A stretch of DNA of 64,000 nt from Octopus sinensis (GCF_006345805.1 NC_042997.1:52204001-52268000), one strand, 5' to 3'; shown: positions 25,265 through 38,605, counted from the stretch's first letter. Numbers and translations: made by a program. The notes: generated from the sequence alone by a model not told the origin.

Positions 25265-25413
25265 GTATTTTTGTTATTTTTTATTTGCCCTGTCCATGTG
25301 AGCTAACAATCGTACTGACTTTCATGGGAAACATGTATTTTTGTGGTTGAAACCTTTTGGATTAACTGGTGCTAGAGTGAGCCATATAGTGACCACTCTC
25401 TTATATTTATTTT

Positions 25414-25450
<37 letters not shown>

Positions 25451-28400
25451 CACGATGGGCTTCTTTCAGCTTCCGTCTACCAAATCCACTCACAAGGCTT
25501 TGGTCAGCCCGAGGCTATAGTAGAAGACACTTGCCCAAGGTGCCACGCAGTGGGACTGAACCCGGAACCATGTGGTTGATAAGCAACTTACCTACCACAC
25601 AGCCACTCTTGCCCCTATGAAAATAAATTTTTCATCTTCAGTCATTTCTTCAGTTGAGGTAGATGGTTTTTCAAGGAACATGGTGAGCTTTGTTTATTTT
25701 TTATTTTTTTCATCCTTTATCTTATGATAACAATGCTCAGCATCTTGAATGATATATTCAACCTTTGCAAAGCATTTGACATTCGGGTCCATTGTTTTGA
25801 AACTGGCAAGAGCTTTATTCAATTGCAAAGACAATCAGAAACTATGCCCCTAATATCTATTATCTTCTACTTGTTTCAGTCATTAGACTGCAGCCATACT
25901 GGGGCACCAGTGCCTTGAAGACTTTTAGTTGAATAACTTGATCCCAGTACTTATTCTTTAAGCCTGGCACTTATTCCACCTTGTTTTGCTGAACCACTAA
26001 GCTACAGGGATGTAAACACACCAATACCATGTATTTCTTTTCTGGCTCATCTTCTTCTTTCTCAATTTTTTTTTACTTATTTATTTATTGTGGTCATAAA
26101 GTGAGGATGGTTGTAAGTACAGATGGTCTTTTTTCACATGAAAAGCATTGAGTTAAAAGTAGTGGTATTTGTTAAACATTCTCTGTCAACAAAACTATTG
26201 TCTAACTCTGCACTTCAGTGAAACAAAAAAAATTCTTGATTTGAAAAATAAATAAGGGTTAGTGACATGAAGGGTATCAGGCTGTAAACAATATTTCAAT
26301 AATATGCATTCAGCCAACCACTGCTAGTATGAAAAAAAATGGATGTAAAATAAATAGATGAAGAAACTAAATACTTGTCCTACAATATAGCAGAGTGATT
26401 TGGAAAGGCAACCTATACAGCTGCTCTGTGATTTAAAATTATATTTATTAATCTTAGGAGGATACACAGAACCAAATATTCTCTCAAAAGTGAGGACTAG
26501 AATCAGTGGAGGAGGGGGGAAGTTAGTATGATTTATGATTACAGTTCAACTTCCAGGTCAATAGTTACAAAGAGAAAGAGAGAGACCAGAGGAACTAAGC
26601 TTGAACAAAAATTGTTGAAAAAAGGTATTTAGTATTAGATATAAGCATGTAAAAATGGAGACAATAGGGGTATCAGGAGTTCAAGAATATATGAATAAGT
26701 CTGAATTGAGTCCAATAACAGAATGACTATTAACTACTGAGTCCAATAATAAAATATCTTAATTATATATTCTAATTGTCTTGGTGTTCTGTGAAGTATA
26801 AAACTTATTTTCTTCAATATTCAATCTTAAGGAATACAGAGATATCATTATATAAGTTCATATTTGCAATTTTAAATCTAAATAGAGTTTTGAAATAAAT
26901 TCCATTTTGACTAACATGCTAAACAGCTTTCTTGTCACAATACACGTCACCAAAATCATCATTCTATTAACAAATAAAACCAAGTTAGCTTCTAAATTTC
27001 AGTCTCTTTCAATATATTATGGAATGTTTCCATGCAGTGAATACAACAACCTGAGGTTGAGAACCACCTATGGGGTTCCGAAACTAAATTTTCATTATAT
27101 CATAGATATGAGCTGAATGTATCTGATTACTGACAACAAGACCATGCATAAATATTTTACAGGTTTGTGTGACATTTTACTGAAATAATCTCTACCAATA
27201 AAACTTCACAATTGAATAGCTAGCAGTCAGAATAGCATTGGGTTCATATCTACATTGTATTTAACCTTTAAGCATTCAGATTACTCTATCAAATATAATG
27301 CTTATTATTTTATTCCCACTGTTTTGAATTAATCTTGCATTATTTTATAGTGTCAAGATTTTGATGATGCAATTAATTTTTAGAAAGACATTGTAGGGTA
27401 AGTGTAAGAAGCCAGACCTGGTTAGCTTGAGGATAAAACAGGTTGAATATTTAGGTCAGATATGGCTAGTTTAAATGCTAAAGGGTTAAATATTTGTAGT
27501 TGAACAAACATCCTAAATCATAATTTAGTTGCAAAGCAACACTAAAGCAGAAAGGACAATTGGATTAATTTTAAGTAAACAATTAGTTTTTTTTTTTTTA
27601 ATGTCAATGATCTTACCTTACAACAATGTTATTACATTACAACATATTAATAACAATGATATTACATTACAACAACATACCTAATTAAGTTAAATTGTAT
27701 AGCAAGGATTGTCTATATAGTTGATCTTTGATATAAAATTGTACCTCATTTACTATTTATCTTATTAACTGGGGGAAAAAAAATTCCAAAGACTTATCAG
27801 AATGTGGAGATTAAGTTGTACATAAATATTCAGATATTAGATTAAGAAGATGTTCTAAAAGAGTAAAGATTTTAGTCTAAACCATTTTCCAGGACATTTC
27901 TGAATAAAGAAAGAGACAAACAATGTACCTTTTGATAATGAGTAAATAGATTAGATGAAAAAATTAAGACAACTAAAATATTTTCAGACTATGTAAAAGA
28001 TTATGTACTTTTAACAGACATAGAGGTTGTGGTTTTTCTATGATAGAAACTTAGCAAGCACAGGAAATGTTTTATTCATGAATTGTTAAAATGCAACAAA
28101 TGATAATAGTTCATGAGGAAAGAGGGAGCTGTTTCTAGATTACTGGTACAATAGAGCAGCAGCAGATAAAACATATTGGGACAACTGTAAGTGACCAATA
28201 AGGAAAAAGAGATATTTAAAGTATTGAAGAAAATAGTCCTTAATTGTTTGAAAGTAATTAGTCAGTATAGTTAAGGGAGACAATATTTTTAGGGCACATA
28301 TAGTTGAGTATATCTATATTTCTAGATATTATATGATTTGACAAGGATTGGAACAAACCGTACTGAGAAGACTGAAGATTTTGTTACATTTGGCAATAGT

Positions 28401-29334
28401 TTGCTTTAATTAGAATGTTTAGCAAAAATTCTTTTTTCTCCTTTCAAGTTTTATTTTACCAGAACAAAAAAAAAAAAAAGTAGAAACGATTCTTTAGTTC
28501 TGTAGACAACCTTATCAATCTTAGTGGTACAATAAAAGTGGTTTTTGATGGAAGTACAACCAGCCAAAAAACCAAAAAAATAACACAAAACACACAAATG
28601 AAGTAAGACATTTCCAACCCGTAACAGCATAGAGAAACAGCCATATGACTAATAATTTTATCTATTAAAAAAAATAACAGGTTTGCAAGCTTTATTTCTG
28701 AAATACATTGATGCAAGGTGGGACCAATAGAATCCAAACAGCAATAGGAGGAAGTTAATCAAATTTATTTGATTATTTCAAATTATAAGGCACATCCTCA
28801 TTATCTTAATTTTTTAGTAGTCAAACCAGCTACATCTGGCCAAAATATTCTACCTGCTTTATCTTCAAACCAGCCAGATCAGGCCTCTCACACCTACCCT
28901 GCAATGTCATTCCAAAAATGAACAATAACATCATTGAAATCTCAAAGCTACAAGATAGTATACGATAAATTCAAACTAGTGTGAATACATTCACATTATA
29001 TTTGACAGAGTAATCTGAATGTCAAAAGGTTAATGATAGAGATAAAAGTTGTTTTCTTTTGTATACACCATCCTCATCTCAAAATGTTTTTACATTTTCT
29101 GGAAGATTTTACAAATGTTTGATATTCTTACAAACACCTCAAACAGAGTTTCATATGAATATCTTAATGCCAAACACTGAACAAGTAAAAAAATCAAAAT
29201 GACTAGATGAAGAGCAAGCTATCACATCTAAGGACAGTACAATTCTTGTAGAAAGTTTGGTAACTTTGAGTGATTAGTCTAAAGGTTAGTGCACTAAACA
29301 ATCAGAAACTATGCCCCTAATATCTATTATCTTC

Positions 29335-29552
29335 TACTTGTTTCAGTCATTAGACTGCAGCCATACTGGGGCACCAGTGCCTTGAAGACTTTTAGTTGAA
29401 TAACTTGATCCCAGTACTTATTCTTTAAGCCTGGCACTTATTCCACCTTGTTTTGCTGAACCACTAAGCTACAGGGATGTAAACACACCAATACTGGTTG
29501 TCGAGCAGTGGTAGGGGACAAACACAGACACAAAGACACACACACATATACA

Positions 29553-29606
<54 letters not shown>

Positions 29607-29785
29607 CACACACGCACACATGATGGACTTCCTTCATTTTCCATCTATCAAATCCACTCACAAGGCTTTGATCTCCCCAAGATTATAGTAGAAGACACTT
29701 TCCCAAGGTGCCATACAGTGGGATTGAATCTGGAACCATGTGGTTGGGAAGTAAACTTCTTACCACACTGCCACACCTGTGCATA
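29335..29785 (-). mobile_element. tRNA-derived SINE family A (degenerate)
   Basis: Reverse-complement copy. Confidence 0.75.
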
Positions 29786-29901
29786 CACAAAACTAAAGAC
29801 TAAAACAATATCAATAATATACAGCCAACAAACTATGTTTAAGCAGCAAACAAAGAAAAAGACTTCATGAAATTCTAAATATTAAATAGCTTAACACTTA
29901 C

Positions 29902-30001
29902 CTTGGGTTACGATTGTAGAACATCGGGTTTACAATGTAGTCATCATTTGGACCCTTGGGTTTATCAATATCGTCAGTGACTGATGTTGAAAGCCTTAAT
30001 T
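29902..30001 (-). CDS. MRPL18: MRPL18 coding exon 2 (ELRLSTSVTDDIDKPKGPNDDYIVNPMFYNRNPR)
   Basis: Acceptor tttttacttatttcag, donor AG|gtaagt. 100 nt, phase 1/2. Ends in the NRNPR signature of uL18m. Confidence 0.9.
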
Positions 30002-31999
30002 CTGAAATAAGTAAAAATTCAAATATTAACACAGTTCAAAAAATTAAAACCCTTTTGTAAATACTAGACAAAACACAAAATAATTCAATATGAAAGATGA
30101 TGTAAATTTTATAAGGAGAGCACTGAATGGTAATAACACCCATAGATATTTGGTTTTAGATGGTTTTAAATACAATATAACAATAAGAATATGGCGCTGT
30201 GTTAAAAACCTTCAGTAAAATAGAGTCCACAGTCTTACTTCTAAACTACATAAATAGTTCCATTAAAAATTTTAGGGAAAGTATGAGTGCCATAGTGACT
30301 CCCAATTGCAACTGGTTAAGAAATTATTTCTGAATTCTTAGTGAAATGTAATGTTAAGAAGGCTCTTAAGTTTGCATTTCTCAGTAAATGAAGTGATATA
30401 CTGAGTATCTGGGTAACACTTAACTTTCCTTAATTTTGTTTTCACATAAGAAGTATTCTACTATAATATTAGTTTGTTCATCCTTTCCACTTTTCTTGAA
30501 TGAGGACTTATAAGAAGCAGGAATTTATGGTCAGATATACTTCCTGTTATCAACCCTTCTTTGTTTTTCAAATAATGGATTGTTTTATTCCACAAGTCTT
30601 CAAGAGCATAGGGTGACCAGTTATAATGTCATGAAAGTATGTAAAACACTCCATTTAGATCAAACAGTGATAAGCATGAATTAGCAACATATGTTCACAC
30701 ACATACACCATGAGCTTCCTATGGCTTCCCTTCACCAAATTCACTCACAAGACATTGGTTGGTTTCAGCTATAAGAAAAGATGCATAGTCAATGTGCTCC
30801 ACAGCAGTACTGAACATGAAACCACAGAATTATAAAGCAAACCTATTAATCATTAAGCCATATCTTAAGTCTTACTCAAACATTAACCTTGTGAATTAAT
30901 TCTGATATTTTACAAAGGAAGAAAGGCAGTAAGAAATATAACCAGTAATTTAGTTCACTTATAGAACATAAAGTCACATTTAAAGTAACAAATGTCATCT
31001 GTAATCTTACTCTGACCAGCATCAGTATTTTCAAATTTGGAATTTTCTAAAATAGCATTTGATGTATAAAAGAAATGAAATTTTGGACTTAAATCTGTTA
31101 TACTTTATATATACTCATTGTGTAAGAACATTATAAGGACAAATTCCTGGTAAACTTTCGTGTTTCTTTTGTAGTCAATTTTCAGTCTGCTGGTAACATG
31201 AAAGGAAAAGCTATCGTTAACATTTATGCAATGATACTTTAACCAGTTGATGTTTAGAAGAGCAACGAAAGGCAGAATTGATAAAGTAACAAACAAAATA
31301 CTAGTGGTATTTAGTTACAAACATTTACATTTATAGTTCACATTCCACAGAGGTTGTCCTTGTCCTGATTCTTTCCAGTATCATCATTTTATATTTATTT
31401 ATCCAGGCTGGTATAGGGTGGATGGGTTTTCTGAAGCAGTTTTTTATGGCCAGAAACACTTTCTGTTGCCAATCCTTTTAGATGTCTCCTATCATGTACC
31501 TCTTCTAATATCAGGATACACTCAACAGTATCAGCTTTCCAGCATCAATAAAATAAGTACCACTCAAATCATCATCATCATCATTAACATTTCCTATCTG
31601 CTTTCCATAGTGGCTTGAGGTGGATGGTTGGAAAGAATTTGGCAAGCCACAGTACTTCATTTAGGTCCAATGTCAGCTTTGGCATGGTTTCCACAGCTGG
31701 ACACCCTTTACAGTGTGTACTGGGTAATTTTTTTCATTCCACTGGCACTAATGAGGCTGCCATAGGAAAAGAAGAGGAAGAAAACCTCTCTCAACTATGT
31801 GGGAGGAGTATTTTGAGAGGGGGAAGGTGACTTTATGCCTGTTGTTGAGATGTTAAAGTATGATAGAGGAATAAGCACAGGTATCTTGCTAGGTGGAAGA
31901 TTAGGAGTAGCTGGGAAGAAGATAAAGATGGTAGTGTCAATATAACTTCCATTACCCTCACCCAAAATTTGAAGTATTGTCCGCAATAATAATAATAAT

Positions 32000-32215
32000 C
32001 CCTTCTACTATAGGCACAAGACCTGAAATTTGGGGTAGGGGGACAGTCAACTACATTGACCCCAGTATTTCACTGGTACTTAATTTGTTAATGCCAAAAG
32101 GATTAAAGGCAAAGTTGACCTCAGTGAAATTTGAACTCAGAACATAGCGATGGGTGAAATACCACTAAGCATTTCATCCAGTGAGCTAACGATTCTACCA
32201 GCTTGCCACCTTGAA
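32000..32215 (-). mobile_element. SINE family C (degenerate)
   Basis: Family C core on the minus strand. Confidence 0.65.
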
Positions 32216-32556
32216 TAATAATAATAATAATGATAATTAAGACAATAGGTAAATATAAAATGAAGAATGAAAGAATTTCCATATGTGACTTCTAACATGA
32301 AATGCCTCTCTAGAGAATGCACAAATTTGTTAGCCTCTATATGGTCAACTCAATCTGTTTGAAATAACACACAAATCACTCCAAACTGAATAATGTAGTT
32401 CTAGTTAAACAGTGCTTGAAAAATGACAGCATGGTCACAGGTGAAACACTTGACCACAAATCTGTTCAAATAATGACAATGTAATGTGGATAACCACAAA
32501 TCTACTAGTCTTACAGAATGACCATGACATAGTTGATGTAGTCTGCTGGTGATATA

Positions 32557-32942
32557 CAGTAGAACCTTGCAGTACGAGTGCCCCACTGTACGAGTAATTT
32601 GCTGTACGAAATGAGACTTGTGCAAATTTTTGTCTTAAAATATGAGTGGAAATCTGCAGTACAAGCACACAAATCATCCCATCTTTAAGGTAATTCAGTT
32701 AATAAAACCAGGTTACATATTTCTTTTGCATTCTCTTTTTTCATAATTGTCATTTTATTTTTAATTACAGCTATTCTGTTTTAAAAGAAATAAAAAATTA
32801 TTTTTGAGTGGTGTTGGGGGGCTGGAACAGATCAATTATATTTTAATTAATTTCAATGGGGAAAATTGATTTGTAAAACGAGTAAATCGTGAGACGAGTT
32901 CGGTCATGGAACGAATTAAACTCGAACTGCGAGGTATCACTG
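32557..32942. mobile_element. pogo/Tigger-like non-autonomous DNA element (MITE)
   Basis: Imperfect TIRs CAGTAGAACCTTGCAGTACGAGT and CAGTGATACCTCGCAGTTCGAGT (reverse complement), flanked by TA on both sides. Confidence 0.7.
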
Positions 32943-34464
32943 TATTATAAATATGATGAACATATTATAATACATGATGGATATATTTATAGCATGTACT
33001 TTATACCCTTGGAAGCTATAACCATGAAATAGTTTTAATCATTGGTAAATATCAATCACGTTCTTTATACCACTAATATTTTGGCTTAAACATCACAACT
33101 GTTTATCCCACCCCTATAAAAATGTACGCTGTTTCTGAACATATAAGAAGAAATCAAATTTATTTTACAGCTTGATTTTTAGCGGTGATGACAGTAAATA
33201 ATTTAAGTTCAAATGTAGTCAATCTAAGGTACATAATTCTTCATTAGAATAATACAAAAGTTACTTCCCTTGAACAATAACCGGCTTCAATGAGAGAAAT
33301 AACGAGATAGCTTCATTTCAAAATTTGCCACAAGGCCAGCAAGTTCGGAGAGGAAGTAAATCCATTTCATTGACATAAGTATCCAGCAGTTACTTTTTTT
33401 GTCAACATGGAAAGAATAAAAAGCAAAGTCGACCTCGACCAAATGTGAACTCAGAACATAAAGACGGACGAACTGCCGCTAGGAATTATGCCTGGCGTGC
33501 TAACGATTCTACATTGCAGTAGATTACAATTTTGAGTTACGTCCCTTAACGATTTCTATGAAAATTCAGCGAGACGGACTTCAGCTTCACCGTAGTCAAT
33601 AACATATATACTGCATGTTTACTAGATAGATTCTTGAACGTTCTTCATTCCTGGTGATAATGGCAGTTAATCACTTTCAAAAATAAAAAATAAAAATTGC
33701 AACGAAACATCCAACGAATATATTTTTTCCGGTGCTTATAGACATTCGGATCTCAAGGGAGATCACTGGGTCATTTTAAACATGATTTAAAGTCATAGAC
33801 ACCTGAATAATTATGCAATAATTAAAATTAATTATTATTGATTTGATAATAAAATTTACGTCAATTAAAATAATTGTTTAATAAACGTGTATTTTCGTTT
33901 TCATACTTAATTTATAACACTACAAAATTTTTATTATTTATTTACTTATTTTTGTATTCGGTCAGTGATATTTCTTATACGCTTCTATCTAGAAACCAAA
34001 GGAAATTACTACAATTCCTCCCAAACTTTACTTTTGTAACCTGGACATCAATGTTTTGAAATTGACCTATTTTCCATTACATTTCAGACATTCAGTGCTG
34101 AGTTGCTGAAGCAGAAATATCGTTATAGAAAATATTCTGCTCAATACCACAGATTTGCTTGCCAGTTGTTTGACCATAACCACTTGAGCATATCCATTCA
34201 TGGCTGACAATATGTGCATCTCTGATCATGAGCAGGTGTAGTGGGGGCGCATAACAGCTATGTGTTGAGAGGGATGCTTTGGGGTTTGAATAAATGTAAC
34301 AAAAGCAAAGCTTGAAGGAAACAGTAGCCATGTTACACAGTGTAATTTGTTATTGGGAAGGAGAGGGTAACCCTAGAACAAAATCACCTGCCTGACAAAA
34401 ACAACTTCGAAAAATAAAACAAAAAATAGCTTTTTCAAAAATTCTTCATGGAATAAATATAAAT

Positions 34465-34868
34465 ATAGGTGCAGGAGTGGCTGTGTGGTAAGTAGCTTGC
34501 TTACCAACCACATGGTTCTGGGTTCCATCCCACTGCGTGGCATCTTGGGCAAGTGTCTTCTGCTATAGCCTCGGGCCGACCAATGCCTTGTGAGTGGATT
34601 TGGTAGACGGAAACTGAAAGAAGCCCGTTGTATATATGTATGTGTATATGTTTGTGTGTCTGTGTTTGTCCCCCCACCATCGCTTGACAACCGATGCTGG
34701 TGTGTTTACGTCCCCGTCACTTAGCGGTTCGGCAAAAAGTGACCGATAGAATAAGTACTGGGCTTACAAAGAATAAGTCCCAGGGTCGATTTGCTCGACT
34801 AAAGGCGGTCCTCCAGCATGGCCGCAGTCAAATGACTGAAACAAGTAAAAGAGTAAAGAGTAAAGAGA
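34465..34868 (+). mobile_element. tRNA-derived SINE family A (young, full length)
   Basis: Complete head, body and (AAAGAGT)n tail. Confidence 0.9.
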
Positions 34869-35088
34869 ATCCGCATCATTTCTGGAACATCAGTGGTGTA
34901 GTGAGATGACTACACTCTACCTCCAAGCACTGCTATAAACAACAGAAGTGAGCAAGAATGTTATAACTTTGTATGCATGCATAACAGAGTTCAAAGTCAA
35001 TGTATGCTAAGTGGCTACACTCTGCATAATTTAACTCTGTTACTATTGCAACATTCCCAATACTTTTTGATCAAACCTCATACATATA

Positions 35089-35455
35089 TCTTTATACATA
35101 AAAGTAAGGTTGTTTGTCTGTCTCCTACGATTTAGATTCCTAACTACTCCCACATTTTGCGGTGCAGTTTAACCAAAACCGGGTATCTTATAGTCGTGAT
35201 TCATATCGAGCCCTTCTGGGTATTAGCGCGCATCTACGATGAGTCTACGATTTTAAAAATAATTTACCATCATTTTTTTCCATTTTAATGCATTTTTTCG
35301 CTATTATATAAGGGAAGTAACTCTCTAAAAATGTCTACGATGAGTCAACGATTTAAAAAAAAATTTACCATCATTTTTTTCCCATTTTTTTTGGCTATAA
35401 CTCTCTAAAAATGCTTTATAGTTATTTCCCTTACAAACCCGAGCGATACTGCTAG
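35089..35455 (+). mobile_element. Non-autonomous Helitron-like element
   Basis: 5' TC...CTAG 3' termini inserted between A (35088) and T (35456), with no TSD. The 3' hairpin appears partly deleted. Confidence 0.55.
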
Positions 35456-35720
35456 TATATATATATATATATAATTTTTTTTTTTTTCTCACAGACAAGA
35501 TCCAGAGATTCTCCATATAGAAGACAGTAGTGCTCAAAAGATTCAAACTTAGACTGATATCTTTACAGGGGATTATTCCACAAGGTAAAGAAAGGCTATA
35601 AGAGGGATCAAGTTGAGCAGGTATAGAGGTAATTATGCAGATAAACAAATCAGATCTAATTATATTTGATGTGTCTAATTTGTTTATCTGCCTAATTGCC
35701 TCTATCTATCTATCTATCTA

Positions 35721-35767
<47 letters not shown>

Positions 35768-36009
35768 CTTTTCTATGCTGATGACCTTGTTCTTATAGAT
35801 GAATCTGTAATAGACTTAGAAAAATATTTCCAGCATGGAAGCAAAACCTGCAATATACATTACACTTATAAAGCCAGATGTGAATGATAAATTGAATATA
35901 CTTCTAGTAAGTCTATGAGATACAACAAAAAGTTACTAAGATGAAATAGGGTGGCTTGAAATTACCAGAGAAGGCTGAAGATGGTATTCAAAAGCAAAAA
36001 AATCTACTA

Positions 36010-37700
36010 ACACATACTTAGTGAATAAGACTATACTTATAAAATATGAGCTTGGACAATGTTTTCATGACTGTCAGATCTCTTGGACAATTCTTTTTCA
36101 ATTGCTGAGTTTGGAGTAAGAGTAGACGCACTAAGACTAGTGAACTTGGTGCCAGTAGCAGTCCCTTGCCAGCTATCTTGAAAGAGCAGAGGCCATAACA
36201 GAACATTCAGAGAGAAAAGATAGTACCTTTGATGCCAGAGGCTAGTGTGTGTTTGTTAGTGACTGAATACCAATCGGTTAAGTGGCCCTCGTCTGGATGC
36301 AGTGCAGGATATGTGTTCTTAGTAGCATTATTTCCGATGTGAGAGTACTCCATTGCCTTATTTGAACCTTGTAGAATGTTAGCAACCTTTGAAGGCTGAA
36401 ACATTTTCTGACTCTGAAGAAAAGCTAGTCTCTGAGATGTAATCCTAACTTGTTAAAGATGTGCTTTTGCTAGATCAGATACTCAGAGATAACGAAGCCC
36501 GGCATCTGGAGCAACTAAGAGAGCTCTAGCAAAGTGCTGTTTATGTTTAGCGGGGTTTTGGAGTGGTGTGTTTTAAATTAGTGCTTGAGGTTTTTGCATT
36601 TAAAAAAGACAAGATCAGCATGACTCCACTGGATGATGCTCTCAAGATCTCCATTCATGAAAGCACTGCAGGTTTGGCAAGTGGTGTCTAGGTTGCATGT
36701 AAAAGAGTGAGCATTGTTAGCTGTGGCAGCTAGTAGGTCATTGATATATAGAAGGAAGAGAATGGGGAACTAAACCAAACCCTGTGACACACCAGAGTTG
36801 ATTGAGAATTAGACAGGAAGAGCTTTATCAACAAATCTCACAATACTGTAATCTGATACAAAAGATGAGAGATGGGTGGAGACAGTAACTGAAAAATTTT
36901 GACAAGAAATTTGCAAGCCAGACACAGTTAAAGGTGTCTAGAACAAGAAACATTGATTTCGCTGACTTCTCTAAAGAAAGAGTCAACTGGTGAGTGACAT
37001 AATAGAGAAAGCCTCCTATGAATCAGGCTCTACAAAAGCCACACTGGTGGCCACTGACAAGAAAAAGAAACTCAAGGTGTTGTCAATGGCTGCTTCCACT
37101 ATCTTATATATGTTAAAAGTAAATGAAATAGGAAAACATCTGGTCGGATCAGCGGGGGTTGCTTTTTTTTTAAGTGGAAAATACTGAAGAGTACTTGCAA
37201 ATATAAAAGTATGCATCTATAGAGAGTGAGAGATTAAAGAGTTTAGTGAGTGTGAGAGCAAGTTCTGGAGTACAATGTTTGAGTGTAATGGAAGGAGCAC
37301 TCTCAGGATCTACTTCTTGAAGCAGGCAAAAGTATTCTAATGCTTAGTATATGTTGATGCAAGGTGGAGAGCCTGGCAAAGTGGAAGGAGGGGAGATTTG
37401 GAGTAGATTCAACAAGGGTACATAGTGTAGTTGGATGCAGAGCAGGCAGCAAAGGTGGATTCTTGGAGGGTACTGCTTATGGAGCTATTATTGTTCAGTT
37501 TAGGTTTTGGAGGTAAGAAAGCTGTCAAAAGAAGGTAAATTTCCTACACCATTTGGAGAAGAGGCTATTTGCGGTACTTTTGTTAAAGGCTTAGCAAGGA
37601 AGTTAATTGAAAGTCAGTTCACCACAGATTTGTCTTATCTGATAAAAACCAAGAAAACCTTTACAATGCAGGCTACTGCTTCTACAGTCCAAATGTAACA
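36010..37700 (-). mobile_element. Degenerate L2/Jockey/CR1-group LINE reverse-transcriptase remnant
   Basis: Frameshifted minus-strand motifs resembling VLD...F..VW, GV.QG..L.P.LF and ADD. Confidence 0.5.
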
Positions 37701-38605
37701 ATAATGAACACACTGACTGAATAACTATAATCCTTATGTTGCTGCTGTGAGGAAGATGAACTTTAGTTCAAGCTAAAACTTGTGTTTGGCATGGATCAGA
37801 AACTTTATGGCCACAAAGAACATTCTGCCGTTGATAAACAATGTATTACAATTTGCAAAACTTTATTAGCAGTCTCAACCCATTAAATAGATATGAGGAA
37901 ATTTTTTGTTTTGACACTGTAACTGTGCACTTCATCAGTGGCTTATTGATAGTGGTTACTAATTGTTTGCAATTCTCCAAGATATGGTGTAGAAGTTTGG
38001 TATTAAATCATACTCCAAATTATCGCAAAATGGTGCAACTTGTGAATGGAAACAAGCTTTACATAAGTGGAAAGATGGCTCCAAACATTAATATAAACAG
38101 TTGCTACCTACTAACATTTTCGGTCACTTTGAATGTAGTGTTGGATAAATTGCTAACAGTCGAATCATGTAGGATTACGAGACCGTCAGACATCTGTGAA
38201 CTCGCTATACAGTAAATTTTATAATTATAAAAAGTGGCTAAAATTACAACTTTGTTAGTAGACAATTCTCAGTTTTGAAATACAGATGTGGTTGGAAAGT
38301 GGCTCCTCAAAATGATGCGTTACAACCATTTGGTAAAAGCTTCAACATTGGTGAATCTGAAATATTGCACTAAGCTTTAACAACTCAAAGTAAACACTAA
38401 TATCTCATCTCACAGTCTGAGAGGACATAAACACAATAAAGTAATGTCACACCACCTTAAACTTAGAAACAAAAACAAAAGCAATGGTAGTGCTGGAGAG
38501 CAACCTTGACCAACTCTGCTCAGGCTAGTTCCAGTGTTACTTGGTCAATATAAAGATCCTCACCCGTTAACAAAAACAAAAAAAAACCAGCCTGCTGGGT
38601 GCTGT

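Larger units (their letters stand above)
23860..25413. mobile_element. Penelope-like pLTR / retrozyme-type tandem and inverted array (535 bp unit)
   Basis: Forward copies at 23860-24394 and 24395-24644 (partial), then an inverted run at 24645-25413. This gives a 657 bp stem (23988-24644 with 24757-25413) and a 112 nt loop. Each unit carries a hammerhead motif. Confidence 0.8.
23621..25615 (-). mobile_element. SINE family A split by a 1.55 kb insertion in its central (TA)n tract
   Basis: SINE 3' half at 23621-23860 and 5' half at 25414-25615. Confidence 0.85.

Noticed and set aside
23860-25413. Possibility that the palindrome is a long-read fold-back artefact
   Set aside because: The arms differ by CpG-type substitutions, the centre is asymmetric with a 112 nt loop, and the host SINE resumes correctly on the right. 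It is considered unlikely but not excluded without reads.
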